Source: Eledone cirrhosa (lineage: Eukaryota). Taken from it: 64,000 nucleotides of DNA. Position numbers and translations under genes: made by a program. The stretch covers positions 361,770,001 to 361,834,000 of the forward strand of contig OZ024740.1 of assembly GCA_964016885.1 (NCBI GenBank). The letters run 5' to 3'. Of the stretch, positions 53,475 to 64,000 are shown one piece after another (positions within the stretch are counted from its first letter, which is position 1; each line of letters starts with the position of its first letter). The notes beneath the pieces are model-generated. The model had not been told where the DNA came from. It was given only the letters and a program-made list of their open reading frames with translations, and searched no databases.

Positions 53475-54229
53475 TTATAGAGGTTATTTGCCCGACGGCT
53501 GATCTTATAGCTTTTGCTATCGAAACAGTAAAGGCATGGCCGCCTGTCGATGAATTTCTATAATAATAATAATAATCTATACATTAACATGTCATAAGAG
53601 CGTTGTCTGTCTGTCTGTCCATCACGCTTTACTACACCACCGCTTTCTTTCTCTAACTAAAGTGTAATGTGACAACAAACGAAAAGAATACACATCCGTA
53701 TCAAGGCTACAAGCTGTAAAATTAAAGGTAACGGTATTTTGAGCAAGTCTGAGTATCGATGTTACTACTATAAACTTAAAATTCTCGTCTTTTTAATGAA
53801 AACTCCGTTATGAAACCCCTGTCTCACTCTCATCCACCTCTCTTTCACTTTACCTAATTATCTCTCTCATTCACTTCACCCCCTCTCTCTCTCATTCACT
53901 CCATCCTCTCTCACATTCATTCCACCTCCTCTCTCTCTGACTCACTCCATCCCCATTTCTCTCTCACTCACTCCACTTCTCCCTAATTCACTAAAGTGTA
54001 ACGTGCGAACAAACGAAAAGAATACGCATCCGTATCAAGGGTACGAGCTGTAAAGATAAATATTCTACACACAATTTTTTAATTATTTGGATTCAATTTA
54101 ATTTGATCGAGGTAGTAAAATATTAGCGACCCTAGACTGATATGTAACACATACAATGAAACACGTGTTATGCAATAAATGTTAATCCCACTCTTCTGGA
54201 TTGTGAAGTTTTAAATAATAATTTTGTAA

Positions 54230-55262
<1,033 letters not shown>

Positions 55263-55530
55263 ATATATATATATATAAATTCAGCGAGAATCGTATTTCG
55301 GCGGGTAGAAATAAGCGAAACGCAATTTCCGAGTCATGCTGGCAAGCGCTCCATGGACCAAAAGAGACCAGAGCAATAAACATAGGTTATAAAGGCCATA
55401 CAAACTGAGACGGCGGTTAAGAAGCTATCAACCACCTTAGCCAAAAAAACGAGGCAAGCTAAACGGGTCAAACAAAATAAATGAAATATTCACCCGGACC
55501 CTATATGTATATATATATATATGTATATAT

Positions 55531-55760
55531 CTAAGGCGGGTAACATTCCCGAGACCCATGGACGAGTTCTCTCCAGCGGTCTCTGTCCCTCATTATCGCT
55601 GCCATGTCCTGCATCTCCAACAGACCAGTGTCTGTCCTTAGGGCATCAACATACGTTAACCTTGGTCTTCCTCTTCTAGTGTGTCCATGTAGGGGCTCCC
55701 AAAGGAGTACTGAGTGCAATGTCAACTCTGGATGTCGGTGAGCATGTCCAGCTAACCTCA
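55531..55760 (-). mobile_element. RTE/RTE-X-type LINE 3' end, second copy
   Basis: High identity to 30419-30650. Confidence 0.8.
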
Positions 55761-55764
55761 AATA

Positions 55765-55975
55765 CAGATGCGAGAAAAACCACAAACCCTCCATCTCAAT
55801 TCTACTTTTGAAAAGCACAAGAACTGCGAAACCGGTAAAGAAACCAAATAAATATATATATTTAAAAAAAAAAGACTCCAGTTGCATTTTCGATTTCATC
55901 TTTTTTCCTTATACTTTCACTCGTGTAGGACATCTCGTTTTTTTTTCATTTTGCAAAAACCCTCACTTTCTAATA
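55765..55975 (+). repeat. dispersed repeat, second copy at 62300-62500 with 5' inverted duplication (62231-62280)
   Basis: GAGAAAAACCACA.ACCCTCCATCTCAA...GACTCCAGTTGCATTTTCGATTTCATC...CCCTCACTTTCTAATATA shared; both end at (TA)n. Confidence 0.8.
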
Positions 55976-56064
55976 TATATATATACATATATATATATGT
56001 ATATATATAAAACTGTATATCTTTCAATCTATGTATTCATCTATCTATACACACACAAACACAC

Positions 56065-56154
<90 letters not shown>

Positions 56155-56236
56155 TTATCCATCCATCCATCAATCCATTTATCAATTCAGCCAACTGCTT
56201 ATCTATCTAACTATCTGTCTGTCTGTACCCCCCCCC

Positions 56237-56324
<88 letters not shown>

Positions 56325-56326
56325 AT

Positions 56327-56545
56327 GAAGGCGTGTGGCCGAGTGGTTAAAGAATTGGATTCGCAATCGTGAGATTGTGAGTTCGATTCCTAGACCGGGC
56401 GATGCGTTATGTCCTTGAGCAAGACACTTTATTTCACGTTGCTCCTTCTACCTGGAGTTGCGACCGATAGATAGTATTAGCAATTGGAAAGCCAGCAGAA
56501 ACATTGTTTCGTCGGTCCGATTTGACGAAAGTCGATCGTTCCTTT
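56327..56545 (+). mobile_element. tRNA-derived CORE-type SINE with intact A and B boxes
   Basis: TGGCCGAGTGG (A box), GAGTTCGATTCC (B box), TGTCCTTGAGCAAGACACTT (CORE-like). Confidence 0.85.
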
Positions 56546-57287
56546 ATATATATATACTCACAAGCATGTATGTGAATGAAATGTGAAATTTAGAAACTGA
56601 ATGAAAATCTTTTTCGCTATACTTTTGAACTATTTTATGGTTTCAAGAGTGTTGTTATCAATAGGGTTCAAAAAGGTTTTGAATCATAGAACCAAGAGCA
56701 GTTTCAGGTAATTTTGTCTGAAAAGGCTGAATAATGCCCCACCATCAACTTTCTCACTATCAATGATGAAAATGTCTAATCAACGGCACCAAGAAGTAAC
56801 TTATTAGTTAGATACTGATAAAAGATGCTAACATTCCAGGATAGACTTTCTCTAATTACACTTGATATGGGGCTCATAAAAAAAATATATTTGACTATAG
56901 TACATATATCTAATTACCTCTCCAGGATAATAATTATAATGATCATATTTTCACCTAAATATTGCACCAAATTAGCTTTTTTATAATTGGGTTAACTCTT
57001 TTTTTTCTTTTTTTTTTTCAGAAATGAATAGAAAATATAATTAACAAATGAATAGAAATATAATTAACAAAGATTTTCATAACAAGCCTCACCTAGTGAA
57101 CCATAAAGAGTAAATTTAATAATTCTATCTATAAATAAGACGATTACATACTTGAACACTGCAGATTTGTTTATTTTGTTTATGATATATATATGTTTAT
57201 GATATAAAAATGTGAAGGCTAAAATCCAAAGAGGGCTCGGTAAGGATAAATATATATCAAATATATAAGAACCCTAGGGCAAATATT

Positions 57288-57426
57288 TATTAAAATAACA
57301 GATTACAGTTTAAGCAAAGAATCACTGCTTTCACCCTTAACGGGATCTTCTGAAACAGTTTCAGAAGATCTCGTTAAGGGTGAAAGCAACGATTCTTTGC
57401 TTAAACTTTAATCTGTTATTTTAATA
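57288..57426. repeat. near-perfect palindrome, 69-bp arms
   Basis: TATTAAAATAACAGATTA...GATCTTCTGAAAC-A-GTTTCAGAAGATC...TAATCTGTTATTTTAATA; related sequence at ~2655-2720. Confidence 0.9.
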
Positions 57427-57822
57427 TATATATATATATTTTGATATATCTCACATGAAGTGATACAGCCAATTTTCCACACAATACAATTAGTTGGCAC
57501 CCCGAACGTTTAATTAGGAATATACTCAGGTATTTCCTAATGTTTGTTGAGTGAGTTGAAATTTGGCCGGAGTATCGCTATTAGCTTTCTCCGATTATGT
57601 GTTTATATATATATATATATATATATAAGTATGCATGTATGTATACGTATATGTATACAGACGTACAGTAGTATGTATATATATATATACATACACGCAC
57701 ACATATACATATGCACGTATCGGTTTACCGAATATTTATTATAATGCTCGGTATACATACATGCATACTTACATTTAAGTAAGTGCCGTACTAAGAGTGA
57801 GAAATGAAATTTCGTTTCATTC

Positions 57823-57889
<67 letters not shown>

Positions 57890-58169
57890 TATATATATAT
57901 GTGAGTGTCTGTGTTTGAAGTAATTAATGTATGTGTGAGTAATACGCTGAAATACTTTAACTCACTAGATCATACTAATGAAACATAATCAATAAATCAA
58001 CCAGCCAAACAATTGGCTATTAACTCCGGATAGAATCATAGGAGTGCCGTAGTAAACATTGAGCATTTAAACCTTGTGAAGCTTCCCTCTGCAGGTCAAA
58101 ACACAGTTGATTTAATCTTGAGAAATATATGTAGAGAGCCACAGAGTAATGAGAAATTGATATAGAAGA

Positions 58170-58320
58170 ATAATCGACCTCAATATTGAACTGGTATTTT
58201 ATTTATATGCCTAGAAAGATGAAAAGGTAAAGTTGACCTTGGCGGGATTTGAACTCAGAGCGCAGAGAGTCAGAAAGAATATTGCAAATCATTGTACCTG
58301 ATGTTCTAAAGATTCAGCCC
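58170..58320 (-). mobile_element. SINE, Meta/MESC-like family, degenerate
   Basis: GATGAAAAGGTAAAGTTGACCTTGGCGGGATTTGAACTCAGAGCG. Confidence 0.65.
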
Positions 58321-58689
58321 ATTTAATGAAACATAAACACGAGCAAAATATTGTAATCAAGTTTTTCGAAAATTTCATTTTAGACATCTTCCGCATTCAT
58401 CAGTAACTTTAGCACAATGTACTTATTTACACACCTGTTAAGTAAATAAAAATGTTATCTGAGAACTCTTATAAGGATTCATTTTCACTCATGTTCCCTC
58501 TGGCTGTACGCTACCTACACACAGCCACCATTTCAATAAGACATTATTTTTCGGATGAACGTTAAAAAGGTAGGCGGATATCATCTCTTCATATATGTGT
58601 ATATGAATGCATATACAATATATTTATGTAGGTTTATTATACATAGAGATATTGTATATAATTTCATCTTCACCTCTATTCTGAATCGC

Positions 58690-60000
58690 GCTGGGTGTAG
58701 TAAGGAAAGTGGTTAAGAAAGCCAGAGTAAATCATCACCTAGGTTAAACGGAATACCCTACGTGCTGTATAAGAAATACTCCAATGTTCTTGAGTGACCC
58801 CACAAAATGATAATTTCAGCATGGAAGAATACGAGGCTCAACGATTAGATGAGAGCTGATGGAGTGTACATTCCAAACGAGCAGAACTCGAGTGCCATAA
58901 ATAAATTCAGACCTATATCTTTTCTGAAAGTTGAAGGGAAAATCTTCTGTTATGGCTGCAAGGGGGCCTAAATACTTTACAGAAAGACATCCCTGGAGTG
59001 TCCAGCTGTGTAGATAATGCCTCTGTGATTAGGGAAGCAATCTAAAGAAAAGGATCTGGACGAGGTGTAGCTTGACCTGGGTAATGCCTGTGTTTCGCAC
59101 GTGATGATCCGATGAGCTCTCGATATGTATCATGTTCAAAAGATATCCAAGAAATGTTTAAGAAATATTTTCGTGGCTTCTCCACGCGTTTCTCCCTTCA
59201 ATATTACACAACAGATTGAATCAATTTAGAAGTTGTCAAAGAATTGTGCAGTGTTACATTTCTAATATTTTGCGTTGGCAATAGAGGTCATTTCAAAGAC
59301 AGCAGAGAGCAGTGTAAATCCACCAGAACTCAGAAGGGGATTCCGAATGCTTCTTATACATGCTTCGATTCATGACACTGTAATTCTTTTCACAAAGGAA
59401 GATTAAACATGCCAAGATTGCCTAGCAACATTCCAACATTCTATATGACAGGAGGCAGCAAATCATGGCCTGAAACAACTATGTCAAACGAGGCATGGGA
59501 GTAGTATCTTCTGGGTGGGGAGGATGATTGGGAGTGTTTGGTAGACCTCCTAGAATCTAAAAACAAAAAGAAGAGTGGCTTGAGGCCGGATATTGCACTT
59601 CCCTCCAGTTCATCAAAGCAGTTGATTTAAAACTCACTGTGCCATGTGACAGTAGAATTGAAGGATATGCCTGAGAAGTATGCCAGTCTAGCTAGCTTCC
59701 GGACCAAGGTTTTCACCATGGAAGTTGGAGCCAAGGAGTTCATAAGCAAATTTGTCTACAATCTCATGAAGCAGTTCTGAATCTCTGGAAGAACAGGACC
59801 AACACGCTAAAGGCAACAACAGCGGTAGCGGAGAAGAGTTCCAGCTGGATCTGATCAAGGAGTAACAGAAATGAACTTACACAATAAGTCTCCGATATCC
59901 AAGTGGTTGAAAAGCGTCATGATCTGGATTCGACGTGACCCCTTAGAATGTAATGAGTTAAGGGCCGAAACACATACATGGGGGGTGACTTCTTTTCGGA
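58690..60000 (+). mobile_element. degenerate Hero/R2-group non-LTR retrotransposon (RT and RLE remnants)
   Basis: Manual translation gives YVLYKK, ADGVYIP.EQNS..I.KFRPIS..KVEGKIF, IPGVS.C, LDLGNA, and LRPDI...SSKQLI..LTVP motifs with many lesions. Confidence 0.65.
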
Positions 60001-61102
60001 AGACTTTCGACTGCCCAGCTCTTTCGAGAGTGTCTTACTACCTACCTACCTACCTACCTACCTACCTACCTACCTACCTACATACCTACCTATCTATCTA
60101 TCTATCTATCTATCTACCTACCTACATACCTGTCTGCCTACCTGTCTGCCTACCTGCCTACCTATATATATATATATTATATTTATGTAAGTATATATAT
60201 ATACACTGTATTTGTTGCTACTTACACACACACAAAACACACACACATACATACATAGATACACACGCACACACATAGAAATATATATGCATGTATGTGT
60301 ATTATATATATATATTAGTGTTTAGCATGTCTGTCTTATTTAACAGATAAATGTTTTGTGGGTTAATTTGACATTACCGTAAGGAAGTTACTAGAATAAT
60401 CTAGAATAAGAACTAATGTTATTTTAATCTATCATTAAGATAACTGTAATTAGTGTCTGTGTTTTAAATTTTCAAAGATTTATTCAAAGTTACTGAGTTA
60501 TTCAGAACTAGCACCCAAAATAATGTTGCATCACTGTATAGTAATCAAACATACAATATATACACATATCTTGGTGTTTATAAATCTGCCAAATCGAGAA
60601 ATATCCATCATGAAATTACTCTCTATATTGCCAAACAATTACCCAAGGTCGGGCAGTGCATTTCTAAATAAATTACATCATTTCTAGAGGTCATTCCTTA
60701 ATGATAAGGAACTGCTACTGGTACTTCACTGTCACTTCTTTACCTCTTCTTCGTCTTTCTTTCTTTCGTTTTTAGTCTCCCTTTAATAGCATCTATTAGC
60801 TATAACATTAAACAGACATGAATTATAGACAGAGACACAGACAGACACATACATTTGCACGTGTCACACACATACACGCACATAAGCGCGTACACATATG
60901 CATATAAACATGCGGTTAATATGAACGAAGGGCCTTCTCCGTTTCCAGTGGCTTTTAGACTCATTCACTTCAAATTGTATATACTCACATACATACAGAC
61001 GTATGTATGTATATACTCACATACAGACGTATGTATTGTATATACTCACATACAGACGTATGTATTGTATATACTCACATACAGACGTATGTATGTATGT
61101 AT

Positions 61103-61312
61103 GTACGAAGGGAAGTAAAAAATTATCTGCACTTTCGCCAAAACTTTCTTTAGGTTGACCGTACTACCTTCAGCGCTTGCGTGCTAAAATGCGATTACAT
61201 AACCGAGGTTTGACGTTGATTGCTCCACTTTTCTTTCTTGTATTACTGAGGAAACATGGCCAATACGCTGGCAACATGCACCAAGGAAGAACAGAGATCC
61301 GTGATTCTATTT
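61103..61312 (+). mobile_element. mariner-type transposon 5' fragment
   Basis: TACGAAGGGAAGTAAAAAATTATCTGCAC terminus and ORF start MANTLATCTKEEQRSVILF. Confidence 0.6.
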
Positions 61313-61369
61313 ATAGCCGCTAAATCTCTTTCAAATTATAGCGTACATTTATAAAAATAACGAGTAGGC

Positions 61370-61925
61370 TACTTTACTGGTCCTGATAAAATGGAACTTT
61401 ATTTCATCTACCGCGTTAAGATAAAAGGCAAAGCTAACCGCGGCGGGATTGGAACTCAGAGCGTAAAGGGCAGTAACTCTATGCCGAAATGCAATTTATA
61501 ACAAATTGAAGTGTAATCCAACAGGTGCGTGTGTTTTTATTGGTAGCATGACCCTCCCAAAGTTTAACTACATATAAAAAAGCACGCACTTGTTGGTTTT
61601 CACTTCAATTTATTACAAATTGCATTACGGTCCCTTCCGTCCTGAGTTTGACTGAAAAGAAAAGTTCATACCCTGACTATGAAAGATTGATGCTAGGATA
61701 TTGAAATCTTGCATGAATTAATTCAATCCATATTATTAACTGGTGGATTGGTTATCTGTAGAGGGTCGTTGCCATGCTTTGCAGCAAAGAGTTACGGCCC
61801 TTTATGGTCTGAGTTTAAATCCCGCCGAGATTAACTTTACCTTTCATCCTTACCGGGTCGATAAAATAAAGTAGCAGTAATGTACCGGGTAATTGCTGGC
61901 CTTGTGCCAAAAGTAGAAACAATTA
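61370..61925. mobile_element. inverted SINE pair (61370-61495 minus, 61775-61925 plus) around a folded PLE terminal fragment
   Basis: Right copy is near-identical in reverse to 2149-2298; inner 61491-61623 is an imperfect inverted repeat containing CATGACCCTCCCAAAGT. Confidence 0.7.
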
Positions 61926-62491
61926 TTAACTGCATATTGTCCTTCCAGGGGCTATATTGAAAAATAAACCTCATTTGGTTATTCCATGAGCGTATCGTGA
62001 ACTTTTTAGCCGGTCTTCGTATATATATATATAAATACATACAGCCATCATATATATCTCTGACTGTGTCATTAATACACACATACATACACACACACTC
62101 ACACACACATATATACATATATATCATAGTAGTGTATATGAAAGCATATACTGTAAGTTTATGCATAATAAACATATTAGAATCTTTCTATGTTAGTGCC
62201 TCTTCTAATATATATATATATATAGAAGAAATAAAGAAAAAAAGATGAAATCGAAAATGCAACTGGAGTCTTATTTTTAAGGGTCTGTGGTTTTTCTCAC
62301 ATGTGAGAAAAACCACAGACCCTCCATCTCAACTCTACCTTTGAAAAGCAGAAGAACTGCGAAACCGGTAAAGGAACCAAATAAATATATATATTTTTTT
62401 AAAAATAAGACTCCAGTTGCATTTTCGATTTCATCTTTTTTTCTTTATACTTTCACTCGTGTTATTTTTCATTTTGTAAAAAAACCCTCAC

Positions 62492-62530
<39 letters not shown>

Positions 62531-63035
62531 GAAATGGATGTTAGGTAAAACGGAAATAGAGTGTAAGCAATAGAAAGTAGTTTAAAAAAACAACAAAGAA
62601 AGAAAAGAAAGAAAGGATGAGAAGGAAGAAAGGAAAGGTAGAACGAATCCCTAATGATGTGTTGTGTGTAGGTAGTTGCTTAACACCACCTGAAATTCAT
62701 TACAGCGACAGGAAGCTGGTTAACCACAAGAATAAGTTGTGAGCTGCCATTGTTGGCAATTCTTGCTGGAGGTGACTCTATTCTACACCAAAAACCAACA
62801 CAACATAAGCACCCAACCTGGTGTCTGTTGAATCTCTATACAAGGTGCTCAACCTTTCTAACAGTACATTAACTCAAATATAATATATTTATATATTTTA
62901 ATATTTTAAAACTATAGCCATACAAAACTACACATACACACATATATTAATGTATGTATGTATGTATGTATGTATGTATGTATGTATGTATGTATGTATG
63001 TATCTCTCTCTCTCTCTCTCTCTCCCTCCCTCCCC

Positions 63036-63066
<31 letters not shown>

Positions 63067-63069
63067 CCT

Positions 63070-63124
<55 letters not shown>

Positions 63125-63266
63125 CATACATAAATGTAATCTCAGTTTTTTTCGAATATTAATAATAACATTCGATTCGTTTGCAATTATGCAAACAAGC
63201 CTCAATTTATAGCCATGTCAATAGAATGAACCTTTCATTCTTGCTCTTGTGGAAACATTTTTTTTT

Positions 63267-63320
<54 letters not shown>

Positions 63321-63514
63321 AAAGGTCAACAGAAATAACAAAAATAACAAAACAAATGGCACAGCAGATGGAAGAAATATATTAGTTTAACATTTGAAAT
63401 AGCTGGAAGATAGTCTTAACGTTTCGGAAACTAGTCTTTCATTAAAAGATAGAGTAGAAATAGAAGATGAATAGAAAGTAAAGAGTGATAAGAGGACGGA
63501 ACGGAGTAAAAAGA

Positions 63515-63589
<75 letters not shown>

Positions 63590-64000
63590 ATAAGTAGAAT
63601 CCCAATGGTGACTTGATTTTCAAGGGATCTACCTCTTCAATATATCTACTCCCCATCTCATCATGCATTGAGCACTTGCTTGTGTTCTTCCTGGTCCCCG
63701 CACACATACACACGTTCTCTCTCTCTCACTCCCCCCCTCTCTCTCTCTCTATCCCGCTCTCCCCCTCTCTCTCTAAAGATAATCATCATTTGTTCAATTT
63801 ATCGAGAAATAAGTAAATTTAACATGCATACATGATTATATACTCAGTTTGTAAATTTGATCGAACAACTGGAATACTCATCGTCGAAACTGACGGAGGT
63901 CCATACCATTCCATTTCACCGTACATATTTGCAACATAACACTACATTCCATATTCTATATATTAATCATCTCAATATTATTTATTAGGTGATGAATGAT

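Noticed and set aside
53575-54140. Possible non-autonomous Helitron with internal duplication
   Set aside because: TC start and (CTGT)n are suggestive but no clear 3' hairpin-CTAG terminus.
56327-56400. tRNA gene
   Set aside because: A/B boxes belong to a SINE head continuing into a CORE-like body; second copy at 44108-44323.

Overview
AT-rich, microsatellite-saturated eukaryotic non-genic DNA; the SINE families and repeat content point to an octopus/coleoid cephalopod genome (inference). No host protein-coding exon is supportable. The window is a nest of transposable elements: a near-intact Naiad-type Penelope-like element (PLE; RT + C-terminal GIY-YIG, one premature TAA), three further PLE endonuclease remnants, an R4/Dong-type, a CR1-type, a Hero-type and several RTE LINE remnants, a frameshifted hAT(m)-like transposon, MITEs and many tRNA-derived SINEs. 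The main unannotated signal is a family of self-cleaving-ribozyme repeats: a 595/588-bp tandem unit (8141-11340 with an internal inversion; 17002-18087) in which each monomer carries a type I hammerhead ribozyme with a palindromic stem III and a compensated U3:A8 core (UUGAUAA instead of CUGANGA), and an unrelated 485-bp tandem unit (54322-55262) with a canonical hammerhead. Both look like non-autonomous, retrozyme-like PLE partners inserted at (TA)n. About 20 hammerhead or hammerhead-like motifs from roughly ten families were found by eye, including a homologous pair showing C3:G8 versus U3:A8 covariation, and many short fold-back palindromes that look like 5'-inverted PLE insertions. All RNA structures were paired by hand, not computed or assayed.
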